Source: a virus
Taxonomy: Duplodnaviria; Heunggongvirae; Uroviricota; Caudoviricetes
IMG/VR virus record: IMGVR_UViG_3300031853_000008
Location: 64,001-112,178 of that record
DNA: 48,178 nt
Direction: 5' to 3' (one strand)
Below are positions 1-10,658 of the stretch, piece by piece. Both the position numbers and the translations under genes were made by a program. A model generated the notes under the pieces. It saw nothing but the letters and a program-made list of their open reading frames with translations. It was not told the origin of the DNA and searched no databases. Position 1 is the first letter of the stretch. Each line of letters opens with the position of its first letter.

Positions 1-1086
1 GTTGCAATTCCGAGGGAATACACCCATACTGCCTAGATTATTGAACGCAAGAATGGTAAGACTAAAGTTTCCGCATAGCTTTGCATTAATAAAATGTCTT
101 ATGATGCAAAAAATAAAATGCTGAATATTGACGATGTTTAGGTTCTTGGTGGGACCTGTCTTGGAGTCAACCCAAAGAACGGGAAAGAAGTCAAGGAAGG
201 AATGGAAGGTGCTGTTCTTCAGCTTGAAGACTTCAGTGTAGAAAATAATTCTATCAAATTTAATAAAGATGATAAGGGAATTGATCTTGCCCTTAATCAT
301 AAATAGTCAGTACCAACTGACCCTAACACTAACGGAAAGGAGGATAAAGGACTGATGGATGGTAAGGATAATAACAAGCCGGAAACTCCTGTTAGTGGAA
401 TCAGCTTTCAGGTAAACGGCAAGACTTTTGAACTTTCTCTGAGTGATATTCAGGGGGCGATTTCAAGGCTTGTGAATAATACATATTCAGAAGCAGACAA
501 TACCTGGTACTGGTGCAGCGTATACCCGGAAAGCAAGATTGTTGTCATGCAGGATTGGGATGGCACTGCGTACAGACAAAATTATGAGGTAGAGAATGAC
601 AACTACTCTCTCGTCGGCGATAGAGTTGCGGTTCACGCAATCTACGTAACCGATGAAGAGGAACAGGCTCTTAACGACGCAAAGAAGAATTTCGAGGAGA
701 CAAAGAAGAGCTTTGATGAGGCTACTGCGAACCTTGAGGCCGCTAATGCTGAACTTGAGTCGGTAAAGAATGAACTTAATGAGAAGTCTGAGAAACTCAG
801 CAAGTATGAAGCCGAGCCTGAAAAGATGAAGATCCTCAATTCCGAGGATTATTCAAATGTTGCAGATACTGAAGAGTTTTCTGCTCTTAAGAAACAGGAG
901 GAGCATTTCGACCTTTCTGTTGATGAAGTTAAGAATAAAGCTGATGAGATTCTGCTGAATTATGCAAAGTCTCATAAGAATTTTGCTTCTGAGGAGAAGG
1001 CTGGACATGTTATGCGTAAGCCGCTTCCGACCAATGCCAAACAGGGAGAAGGTCGTTACGGTTCACTGTTTTCAGATAATAAATAA
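1..1086 (+). CDS. Prohead protease-scaffold fusion, 5' partial, TAG read-through
   Basis: Frame +1 is open from base 1 to TAA 1084-1086 except for TAG at 34, 76, 139 and 304. The N-part (IIERKNGKTKVSAXLCINKMSYD...GGTCLG...EGMEGA) resembles prohead proteases of large Bacillota siphoviruses. The C-part is an acidic coiled coil. It lies upstream of the decoration and capsid genes. Confidence 0.8.
355..1086 (+). CDS. Probable nested in-frame scaffold protein (243 aa) from an internal start
   Basis: AAGGAGG at about 338-344 precedes ATG 355 inside the longer ORF. There is no TAG in 355-1086, and the product is coiled-coil rich. Confidence 0.55.
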   Translation: MDGKDNNKPETPVSGISFQVNGKTFELSLSDIQGAISRLVNNTYSEADNTWYWCSVYPESKIVVMQDWDGTAYRQNYEVENDNYSLVGDRVAVHAIYVTDEEEQALNDAKKNFEETKKSFDEATANLEAANAELESVKNELNEKSEKLSKYEAEPEKMKILNSEDYSNVADTEEFSALKKQEEHFDLSVDEVKNKADEILLNYAKSHKNFASEEKAGHVMRKPLPTNAKQGEGRYGSLFSDNK

Positions 1087-1114
1087 TAAATATTTTAGAA
1101 AGGAGAATTGAGTA

Positions 1115-1594
1115 ATGGCTTACAAGATGAATATTGATAAGCATGCGTATAGCTTCCCGACCAAGATTGCTGCGTCCGCAGGAAGCCCGCATATTTACAA
1201 CATCACTCTGACCACTGATACTGATAATGGTGCTTTTGTTGGTCGTGGTGATTGGAATGGATTTGACAATTATAAGGAAGCTGCCGCTCCGACTGCGTTT
1301 AAGGGAATTATCCGTGCACAGGCGGCTGATGGGAACTATTATGTCGAGGTTACTGCTGTTGATCCGGCAAAGGAGACCCTGTATCTGTACAACTCTCCTA
1401 TCCTTCCGTACACTACCCCAGCTGACCTTGCAGACCTGAAGAACTTCTACAATGCCGCTGGCGATGTTGTTAAGGGATATGCTCTTATCATCGGAGATAT
1501 TGTTGAGGAGTCCGCTGAAGGTTTTGATGGCACCCCGGAAGTTGGCAAGACTGTCACCATTAAGGGTAAGAAGCTTGCTGTAGCTACGGCTTAA
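1115..1594 (+). CDS. Head decoration / capsid auxiliary protein (159 aa)
   Basis: GAAAGGAG RBS, TAG-free, highly biased codons, positioned between scaffold and major capsid genes. Confidence 0.7.
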   Translation: MAYKMNIDKHAYSFPTKIAASAGSPHIYNITLTTDTDNGAFVGRGDWNGFDNYKEAAAPTAFKGIIRAQAADGNYYVEVTAVDPAKETLYLYNSPILPYTTPADLADLKNFYNAAGDVVKGYALIIGDIVEESAEGFDGTPEVGKTVTIKGKKLAVATA

Positions 1595-1620
1595 TCTTAA
1601 AAGGAAGGAGGTAAAGAACA

Positions 1621-2742
1621 ATGAGACTGCTTACATTTTCTAATCATGTAAATGACGTTTTTGCTGAAGCAAAGACTAACTATGACGGAATTAAGAATCT
1701 GATGTTTGATCTTGCTCTTGGCAACGAGATTTATGATGCATAGTCGAAGAGAATTGTTTCCAAGGCTGAAGCCGAGGAAAAGCTTCGTGCTGTAACAAGA
1801 AAGATCTTCGGGCTTGGAGAGAATCCGTCTCACAGAGATATTAAGAGAGCTATCCGTGATCATTCTCGTGAGTATTTTGACGTTATTGAAGAGACCGTTG
1901 ATATGGTTATCGAAACTGGTTTCCAGAACAACGAGTTCTTCAATACCCTTGTTGACCGCCGGAATATCGTGGCTGGCGATGAGATCCAGTTCAATGTCGC
2001 ACAGCATGACAATATCCTGTCTATTGCAGAAGTTGGAAATTCTCATCATGATTTCATGCTTCAGAGACTTGGCGGACATAAGGAATTCACTATCGGCACC
2101 CGTAAGTATGGTGCTGCTGTCGGAATCGACCTGAATATGTATCTGCTTGGTCGTGAGGATTTTGCAAAGCTTGTTAATGCAATTGCCACTGCTTTCCAGT
2201 ATAAGATTCAGAACGAGACTTATGCCGCTATGCTGTCTGCTGCTTCAAAGCTTCCTGTACAGGATGGATTCGTTGGAACTGGTACTCTTGGCACCGCTAC
2301 CAAGGATAAGTTCGATGAAATCATCGAGAATGTTTCTATCGCTAACGGTTCTGCTGTTATCGTTGGAACGAAGACTGCTCTTAAGAAGCTGAATGCTCTG
2401 TCTGATGTTGATTGGCGCGATGACCAGCTCAAGGGCGATGTTTCTCATTCTGGACGTATGGGCGATTATGAGGGAACTCTTCTGATGGAGATTCCGCAGA
2501 GATTTGCTCTTAATGACGTTACTAAGAAGCTTGTTGATTCCACCAAGCTGTGGATTCTTCCGGCTAACCAGTCTGATAAGTTTATCAAGATGGTTGATCA
2601 GGGTGAAACCGAGATTGACGAAATCACTGAGAAGGGTGAAGCCGCAGGACGTATCGATGATATCGGTAAGTATGAGGTTCAGAGATCCTTCGGTATCGGT
2701 GTTGTTCTTGGCCGTTACTTTGGTCAGTGGACTATTGCGTAA
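1621..2742 (+). CDS. Major capsid protein (373 aa)
   Basis: AAGGAGG RBS and ATG 1621. A single in-frame TAG (1741-1743) joins it to track ORF 1903..2742. HK97-like size, position and composition; ends TAA. Confidence 0.9.
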
Positions 2743-2760
2743 TTGTAAAGGAGAATAATC

Positions 2761-3324
2761 ATGTCAACAACTGCTAGAAAGACCCCAACAAGAAAACCAA
2801 CCCCGAAGGTTACTGAGACACACAAAGTTGAGAAGAAAACAGAGCCTGTTGCTCCCGTACAGAAGAAGGTGTTTGATCAGGCTGATGGAATCAAATGTCG
2901 GTCTATCACGCAGGGATCGCTCTATATGGAAGGTGAAAAGACGAAGATGCTTTATTCCTGGACGAATTATGGGGATGAGACATAGGTAGAATACCGTGAT
3001 CTTGTTTCAGCCGTCCGTGTGAAGTCTCCGTTCGTCTTTGGCCCGATGTTCTTGATTGAGGACGAAGATTTTATCAATGAATTCCAAGTCGTCAAGAAGT
3101 TCTATGATGATAATTTTACCATTACTGAACTTGATAGGATTCTATCTATGCCTGTGAATGAGATGATTGATACGATTAAAGGACTCCCAAAAGGAGCTTT
3201 TGAATCGATGAAGACTATCGCTGCCACGGCTGTAAGTGATGGAAGACTCGACAGTGTTAAGAAAATTAACGCTCTTGACGAACTTTTTGGCACTGATATG
3301 GCTCTGCTTGCACAGGGTGAGTAA
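2761..3324 (+). CDS. Conserved head-region protein (187 aa)
   Basis: Track ORFs 2761..2985 and 3019..3324 share a frame and are joined by TAG 2983-2985 (GDETXVEYRDL); ends TAA. Confidence 0.8.
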
Positions 3325-3341
3325 TAAAAAGGAGGCAATAA

Positions 3342-3806
3342 ATGACCTCTGATTATGAAAATATCTATTCAAGATTTTTACTTAAGATTACAGATCCCAG
3401 ACTTGCGGGAATGGATGAAAACATCGCAAAAGATATGATGGGTGGGTGGATGAGGTCTACTGTCTCCCGCCCATATGTCAGACGTTTATTCTCAAGCATC
3501 AATTTAGACGATGGTATGGAATAGATAGAGTTTACGATGTCAAATCCATTGGATGATGCCTCAGACCAAGACTTTGTAGAGGAGTTACTTTCGTATGGCA
3601 TGGTTGTGCAGTGGCTTGAGCCACAAGTAAGTTCGATTGTGAATACACTTCAAGTATTCTCCAATACAGATAGCAAATATTATTCTCAGGCAATGCAGCT
3701 TCAAACGATGAAGGAAATGCTTTCTGAATATAAGATTGCTATGCGTAAATTGATTCGTGATCGTGGGGCAATCCACAATAAATACATTGATTCAGATAGG
3801 GGGTGA
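3342..3806 (+). CDS. Putative head-tail adaptor (154 aa)
   Basis: AGGAGG RBS. TAG 3522-3524 joins 3342..3524 and 3537..3806. N-terminus TSDYENIYSRFLLKITD is typical of adaptors in this phage group; function inferred from synteny. Confidence 0.65.
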
Positions 3807-3811
3807 TTCCG

Positions 3812-4966
3812 ATGACCCTTTCTGATTACAGAAGCCTGTTTAATGCAGGAGATTCTATGGGACGTGTGCTGAAGAAAAATGCGGATATGATTATCAAATA
3901 GACATGGGACAGAGATATTGATTCTCAGATTGCATATCTATATGACGATTCTCATGATAAGAGTGACGAACGTCATAAACTGGATGATCTCCATTCTTCT
4001 CAAGATGAGAATAAGATTCCAGTAAAGATAAAATTCATCCGGCATGGATCTCAATCATACGAAAAGGACCCTGTGACTTATTGGCTTCAACTCCAGCCTG
4101 GTTATGACATGGATGTTCCATATTATGATGAAGTTTTTGGGAAGCGTTATAAAACGCTTTATCCAATCGGGCTTTATTGTGATGTAATGGATGAACGTGG
4201 CAGATATAACCGATGGTTAGTCGCCGATAAGGCGAATTATGACCAGAATCAGTTCCCGACATTTGAACTTCTCAGATGTGATTATCTCTTTCAGTGGGTT
4301 GATCATGATAAAAGGTATGAAATGCCTGGAGCGATGAGAAGCCAGAATTCATACAATAATGGATTGAATGCAGGAACTATTATATAGACTGGTAATGACA
4401 TGCAGAAATTCTGTGTGCCACTAAATGATGTGACTGAGACTTTGTCATATAATCACCGCATTATCATTGATGCGTGGCTTCATACAGATGTTGCTGTTCC
4501 TCGTGTCTGGAAAGTATCAAAATTGAATCGTGTTATGCCAAACGGGATCGCAAGAATTATGCTTACTCAGGATTTGTTCAACCCGCATTCGGATGTCATT
4601 GAACGTGACGAAGATGGGAATGTTACTGGTATGTGGGCGGATGCAATTGATGCCCATATTCCTGTAGCGGAAGAAATGATTTAGGGAGTTTTAACTGCTA
4701 GTGGAAAAAACAACTAGATAAAAATCGGCGGGTCATACAAGACAATTAAGGCTGAGTTCCCGAATGGTGATGTTCCTGATTCATGGGAATATACGATTGA
4801 CGGATAGGATGCTACTGCTCTCCTGTCTTTCTCTGATACAAATAATTCGAACTCTGTAAGAGTAAAATTCATGGGTGACGACACATATATTGGCAAGACT
4901 ATCTTGGTCAAATGCAATTCAAACGGTAAGACCGCTTCAATAAAACTTCTGATTCAGGCATTATAA
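3812..4966 (+). CDS. Putative head-closure / head-tail joining protein with C-terminal Ig-like part (384 aa)
   Basis: One frame from ATG 3812 to TAA 4964-4966 with 5 TAGs, covering track ORFs 4073..4387 and 4400..4684. Function inferred from synteny. Confidence 0.65.
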
Positions 4967-4982
4967 GTAGGGGGGATAAAGT

Positions 4983-5549
4983 ATGCAGTTAACATAGGAA
5001 CAGAAAAAAGAACTTCTCGCTCTCAAGCATGTGCCTGACAGTGACGATATAAGATTTAAGGAGCAGATTAAGAAGAAATTGATTAAGGATGATATTCTTA
5101 TCTATCTTCTTAATAATAAGGAATTATAGGATTCTGAAGCATAGGCAAGCGACTATATCGGGGTCAATATCTTTCCTTATTATATGATTCCACCGGATCA
5201 GAGTAAGGTGGAAAATTTTGTATGTTTTGAGACAAGGTTTACAGAAATACCTCAGGTAAATACGACATTGAAATATGCCCAGATTATGTTCTTTGTCATA
5301 TCTAACGAGCAAACCATTATCGAAGAAACTACTGGTGTTCCCCGCCATGACCTACTGGCTGCGAGAATCACTCAAGATTTCAACTGGACAAACTATTTCG
5401 GGACGCAAGTACATCTTGTAAGGAACGAACCTTCAACGGTGGATAAAAAATATGCTCAAAGACTTTTAGTTTTTGAGGGGAAAATGCCAAACTCTCTTGC
5501 GAAGACGGTAAATGGCGTTACTAGAGTTGTAAATAATACTGGTGAATGA
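4983..5549 (+). CDS. Putative tail completion / terminator protein (188 aa)
   Basis: ATG 4983 with three TAGs is in frame with track ORF 5184..5549; ends TGA. Function inferred from synteny. Confidence 0.6.
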
Positions 5550-5550
5550 T

Positions 5551-6324
5551 ATGCCAAAATTCGACCGTCTTAAAATGTATTTTGGATATCCTTTTAAGGT
5601 AAATGACAAAGTTACCGTCTATGAGCCAAAAATAGGGGATATTTTATAGCTTGGAGAATAGGATTTTTATAATATGTTGTATATCTTTATAGGTAATCCG
5701 ACAACGTATAGATTGGCTTTATGGAAAGCGAATATTGATTGGAATAAAATAAGTGATTACGAATTATTTCTTATGCTTTATAAAACAATCGATCATTAGT
5801 CTTCCAAACTGCTTTTTGGGGATTTAGATTTTTCCAAGCTATAGGCTTATTGGGTCAATGAACAATCGCAAGATTAGGAAGGGAATCCAGTTGAAAAGAA
5901 AGTCGTTACTCTTTACGACAAGGATAATGACATTGAAGTGTCCGAAAAGGATTATAAATTAATGTCTTAGTATATTAAAACTATGTTTAATATTTTTCCT
6001 AAAGTGGAAAAGGCTAGAGGCCGCGCCACAAAAGAGTCAATTATCTGGGAAGATTAGGAAAATCTTAAAAAACATAAAAATGATACCAATTCTTCAACTC
6101 TTCTTCCATTGATTTCATCATGTATCAATCATCCGGGTTTTAAATATAAACTGGAATAGCTTAAGTAGGTAGGGATAGTCCAGTTTATGGACTCTGTTCA
6201 GAGATTGCAAGTTTATGAAACTTCCACTGCTTTGTTAAAGGGTAGTTATTCTGGATTTATTGATACATCTAAGATTAATAAAGATGAGTTTAATTTTATG
6301 AGGGATTTAGACTCTAAAAAATGA
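5551..6324 (+). CDS. Conserved virion morphogenesis protein (257 aa), invisible in the standard code
   Basis: Runs from ATG 5551 to TGA 6322-6324 with 9 TAGs and no TAA/TGA. C-terminus HPGFKYKLEXLKXVGIVQFMDSVQRLQVYETSTALLKGSYSGF matches a family I recall upstream of tail tube genes. Confidence 0.8.
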
Positions 6325-6370
6325 GTCCTAATTCATATATTACATTATTTTAATAAAGGAGGAAAACACA

Positions 6371-7147
6371 ATGGCTTTTACACTGGATAATGTTGTTGTT
6401 GATCGTATTCAGTATGGTGTTGCTACTGATGTTGCTGATACCAAGCTTCTGTATGTCCTGACCGAGCTTCAGAATGGTCAGGTTCAGATTTCTGCTGATT
6501 CCAAGTAGGCTAGAGACGCACAGGGCAACCTTGTAAAGAAGTTCTGGCAGGGTAAGAGTGGTACCTTTACCGCAACGAACGCAATGGTTAACCTGAACGT
6601 CATCGGTTCTCAGTCTGGTGAAGGTATTCAGAAGCTGAAGGAAGACGATGCGTTTGTTGGAATTCACACTGGTAAGTCTGGCGAAGTCGTCAAGACCACT
6701 GGCATTGTTGAGGGTTCCGCAAAGGTTCACGAGCTGCTGAAGAATGGTACTATGGGTGACGATGTTACTGCTTCTTGCACCGTTGATACTGCAGCTGGTA
6801 CTGTTACCCTTCCGGCAAAGAGCGGTGTTGAGAAGAAGTATATCATCGAGTACTCTCGTACTGCAAAGGCTGATTCTGCTATCGTTCTTCGTAACCGTGC
6901 GGATAAGTTCCCGGCTACCATCAGACTGGTTCTGAAGGTTCTGGCTATCGATACCTGCTCCCCGGATACTCTGAGAGCTGGATATCTGGTACTGCCGTCC
7001 TTCCAGCCGTCTCCTGAGGTTAACTTTGAACTTCAAACTTAGAGCACACTAGATTATACCGGGGATTTACAAATTTCCCTTTGCTCTGATGAAAAAGTAC
7101 TCTACGAGTTCTACTGGGCGGAAGATGATACAGAGGATGCGGAATAA
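6371..7147 (+). CDS. Major tail (tube) protein (258 aa)
   Basis: AAGGAGG RBS, ATG 6371, TAG at 6506 and 7040, TAA 7145-7147. High-expression codon bias and beta-rich sequence; position before the tape measure. Confidence 0.8.
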
Positions 7148-7162
7148 TTATTGTATAGAATC

Positions 7163-7191
7163 TTGACAATCCTATATTAATGTGTTATAAG
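7163..7191 (+). promoter_or_regulatory. SigmaA-type promoter for the HNH gene
   Basis: TTGACA (7163-7168), 17 nt spacer, TG extended -10 (7183-7184), TATAAG (7186-7191). Followed by an 11-bp hairpin (7203-7235) and an AAGGAGG RBS before ATG 7266. Confidence 0.75.
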
Positions 7192-7265
7192 TAATGTGAA
7201 GTTGAAGGGGAAGAGTTTTAATGCCTTCCCCTTCATACGTATCCAAATAAAAAGGAGGTTTACTT

Positions 7266-8442
7266 ATGGCACGTGATAAACAGAGTCTTGGGGATTGGGC
7301 AAAATAGAATGAAAGACAGGATATACTTGATATGTGGGACTATAACAAGAATCCAGTCACTCCGTTTGAGGTTGGCAAGAATGACCGAACAAAAATTTTA
7401 TTTCCATTGCAACAATCCAGAACATGATAGTTTTGAGAGGTCTCCTGCTGTAATCGTAAGTCCTAGATCCGCGCATATTACATGCCCACAGTGTTATCCG
7501 CATGGAAGGACTTATATTGATTTAACAGGGGGAAACATTTGGAGATCTTACGGTTATCAAGGAAGATACGAATAATAAATCATCGAATAGTTGTGGCAAG
7601 ATGAAATGGATTTGTAAATGCTCGTGTGGGAATATAATTTCTACGGACGCTTATCGTTTACTTAAAGGGGGACAGACCCATTGTAGCAATGGAGTTCACA
7701 AAATTGGGAAAGACAATGGCAATTGGCGCGGAGGTATTAGTGATAGAAACTGGTCTCCAGATATTGGTAGCGATATTGCTGGGCAATATGCAAGAGCAAA
7801 CGGAGTAAGTCTTGGAGAATGGTTGGAGAATTAACTGTTATCAAGTTAGACGAAGAAAGAAACAAAAATCTCCCAGAAACAAATCATCAAACGTATTGGA
7901 TTTGTAAATGCTCGTGCGGTAGGGAAATTTCTGCATATGCTGTGGCTCTTAAAGACGGTAGGCAGAAGTCTTGTGGAGATGGTGTGCATATGCTAGGGGA
8001 ATTATCCCCGAACTGGCAAGGTGGGAAGACCCCAGAAAACATTCGTTTGCGGGGGACAAAACAATATCGTGATTGGCGTAAAAAAGTCTATGAGAAGGAT
8101 TGGTTTACTTGCCAATGTTGCGGACGGAATAAAGGAATCATCAAGAACGCTCATCACATTTATAATTTTTCTTCCAATCCATAGCTGAGATTTGACGAGA
8201 AAAATGGAATTACATTATGCGAGGATTGCCACTACTCTTCTAAAATTGGATCATTCCATAATCTGTACGGGACAGTGAATAATACACCCGAACAGTTAGA
8301 AGAATATATTAATAATCGCAGAAACAAATTGGGTATTAATATTCCGTTTTCTATGGAAACTTATCAAAATGGCGATATATTAAAACCTGGCATGATAAAT
8401 TACGATGACCCAAATGACAATTATGTTGATTTTACTGAATGA
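7266..8442 (+). pseudogene. Free-standing HNH homing endonuclease with Zn-ribbon and W-x-CxCxCG repeats, three frameshifts
   Basis: MARDKQSLGDWAKXNERQDILDMWDYNKN shifts frame at about 7378, about 7530 (G5 run) and about 7818. The C-terminal HNH domain CQCCG...[28 protein letters not shown] is intact and ends TGA 8440-8442. Confidence 0.8.
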
Positions 8443-8495
8443 CCGAGACACCAGAAACAATAATCGACTTGGTGCAACTCCAGAATTCAGATTAC

Positions 8496-8527
8496 TGAGA
8501 GAGTGTTTCGGCACTCTCTCACTTTCT
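8496..8527 (+). terminator. Probable intrinsic terminator
   Basis: TGAGAGAGTGT-TTCG-GCACTCTCTCA stem (11 bp, UUCG tetraloop) followed by CTTTCT; the U-tract is weak. Confidence 0.6.
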
Positions 8528-8575
8528 ATATAAATAAGAAGAGGGAAACCTCTTCATCAAATGAGGAGGTAAACT

Positions 8576-9037
8576 ATGAAACATCCGAGAAAATGTATGG
8601 TATGTGGGAAAATCTACGATTATTGCCCGCATTGTTCAGAATATAAAGGTCTTCCGACATGGATGATGGGGTTCGATTCTCTTAACTGCCGTAACATCTA
8701 TAATGCTGCGGCTCAGGCACGTACTGGAAGCATCTCCAAAGATGAGGCTCGTGAACGCCTTTACGCTTGTGATCTTTCAGAACTCGATACATTTGAACCA
8801 CACATTCAGGAATGGGTGAACGACGTTCTTGGAAAGAAAACCGAAGTTGAAGTGCAATCGGAACCAGAAAATCCTGAAATCAAAGCAGAAGTTGTTGATG
8901 TAAAGGATATTCAGCCCGCTTCTTTCCCGCAGGAAGAGGTTAAAGAGCAAACTAAAGAAGACATCAAAACGGCTCCGGCTCAAATGAATAATCAGATGAA
9001 CCGTGTGATGCATTATAATAAGAAGAAAAGACATTAA
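8576..9037 (+). CDS. Zn-finger phage protein (153 aa)
   Basis: GAGGAGG RBS. CxxC...CxxC motif (CMVCGKIYDYCPHC), low-complexity C-terminus, no TAG. Confidence 0.75.
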   Translation: MKHPRKCMVCGKIYDYCPHCSEYKGLPTWMMGFDSLNCRNIYNAAAQARTGSISKDEARERLYACDLSELDTFEPHIQEWVNDVLGKKTEVEVQSEPENPEIKAEVVDVKDIQPASFPQEEVKEQTKEDIKTAPAQMNNQMNRVMHYNKKKRH

Positions 9038-9071
9038 TTGTGAATGTGATTCAATAATTGGAAACAAATAT

Positions 9072-9110
9072 AGGGGGTTAACTCACATTCACTGGGTTAA
9101 CCCCCTTTTT
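9072..9110 (+). terminator. Strong intrinsic terminator
   Basis: AGGGGGTTAAC (9072-9082) / GTTAACCCCCT (9096-9106) perfect 11-bp stem followed by a T-tract. Confidence 0.85.
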
Positions 9111-9128
9111 CGGGATACAGGAGTTAAC

Positions 9129-9395
9129 ATGAATAAAGATGATTATGTACATAGTGACGTTACTGGGAAGTATTATATCCCAAGTAAAGTTGTGAGAATT
9201 GTGAATATTCTTCAGAGCGTTGCGTACCTTAATAATGGCGCATAGCTGTTGGATATATATCCTTCAAAAGATTATAAAACTGGCAAACCTATATTAGTGT
9301 TTATATTTAATAGGTAGGACACGAAGAATCTATATGATTTATGGTGCCGGCATGAATTAACATACGAGGTAGATGAGAATGGAAAAGGTACTTGA
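9129..9395 (+). CDS. Small conserved phage protein (88 aa)
   Basis: ATG 9129 to TGA 9393-9395 with 2 TAGs (NGAXLLDIY, FNRXDTKNLYDLWCRHEL). Confidence 0.7.
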
Positions 9396-9636
9396 AAAAC
9401 AGTTAAGAAGATATGTTATTGCTTACATTGGGTAGGACGGACAGGCGAGATACCTGGGTCGCAAAAAGCAACTGTGGTTTATCACGCCGGACATTACACA
9501 AGCAGCAAAAACAAGAAACAGAGCGTTGGCGCAGGATCTACTCTCCTATTACAGGCAAGAAGTCACAAAAGATATCGAACTTGCGGTGATCCCGCTTGAA
9601 ATCACATATGAATTAATTAAGGAGGTGGAAGTATGA
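9379..9636 (+). CDS. Hypothetical protein (85 aa)
   Basis: GAGG RBS, ATG 9379, one TAG, TGA overlapping the next ATG (ATGA coupling). Confidence 0.6.
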
Positions 9637-10109
9637 ATAGAATTTTAAGTCTTGACACTTCCACGACTGCTACGGGGTATGCCCTACATGAGGGCGAAAA
9701 GTATATTCAGAGTGGGGTTATCAAAGAAGAAGGGAAAATGAATGAGCGTGTTTACTACATGGTAAAAGATATCTATGGAAAGATTAAACTCTTCTGCCCT
9801 GATGTTATTGTGGTATAGGATACTGTTGTACCGAGAAATGCTATGACCCAGCGGATGCTTTCCATGCTTCTTGGGGCGGTCTATGGTTACTGTACTGAGC
9901 ATGGGATTAAATTTGTTTCTTTAAGGCCTTCTGTTTGGCGTAAATATTCTGCGTCTGGGCAGAAACCGCGGCATAGATAGGAATTAAAAGAATGGTCAAA
10001 ATAGATTTTTCGTAAAACATTCGACAGAGAACCGATTGATGATAATGAAGCCGACGCTTATTTATTAGGAAGAGCATACATAAAAATGGTTAAGGAGCAA
10101 AGACTATGA
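9633..10109 (+). CDS. ruvC: RuvC-like Holliday junction resolvase (158 aa)
   Basis: ILSLDTSTTATGYA (first catalytic Asp), PDVIVVXDT (second catalytic position is TAG 9816-9818) and DDNEADAYLLG (C-terminal acidic pair). Three TAGs; ends TGA. Confidence 0.85.
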
Positions 10110-10618
10110 AATTTGAAGAATTTATTAGTGAATATAAAAATATTCAATCTGAGGCAGAAAAGCAAAGTTTTTTAAGAAGGCATATTGTCAGAAATTATAT
10201 TCCTCTTGAATAGAAGGAAATATCTGCGAGATCTATTGTAAAATCAACAAATTATGATGATAACAATGGAATAGTCAATGTTAATACTGTTGCATACAAG
10301 ATGTTTTATTTTATTTCATTAATTAAGTTATATACTGATATAGATGCTAATTATAAAGAAGGGCTTAATTTATATAATCAACTTAAAGAAAATAATGTAA
10401 TTGAATTGTTTGATTCCGTTAAACCTTTGGATGTGGATGAATATCGAGAAGTATGCAGAGATGTAAGAGATGATTTTATTCAAAATCATCGGAGTACGCA
10501 GTCTATTCTTCTTGGCGTTGAGAATAGATTTGCAGCATTTCTTGAGTAGCTTGTAAAAGAGATTGATAATAACCCCGAATTATTAAATCAGATAAAAAAT
10601 AATCTTATAAATAAATAA
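10106..10618 (+). CDS. Hypothetical protein, possible tail assembly chaperone (170 aa)
   Basis: ATG overlaps the ruvC stop, two TAGs, TAA 10616-10618. Located two genes before the tape measure. Confidence 0.6.
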
Positions 10619-10658
10619 GGGAAGGTAACTCTTCTCTTATAGGAAGGGAGGAGTTGGA

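Noticed and set aside
7266-8442. HNH frameshifts as systematic long-read error, or HNH as an intron ORF
   Set aside because: The 17.9-kb, 4.1-kb and 4.5-kb ORFs have no frameshifts. The flanking genes are complete and the HNH has its own promoter and terminator.
8468-8484. TGG-TGCAACT-CCA T-loop-like hairpin as part of a tRNA
   Set aside because: There is no acceptor stem, D-arm or anticodon arm around it. I found no tRNA in the window by eye; tRNAscan-SE or ARAGORN should confirm.
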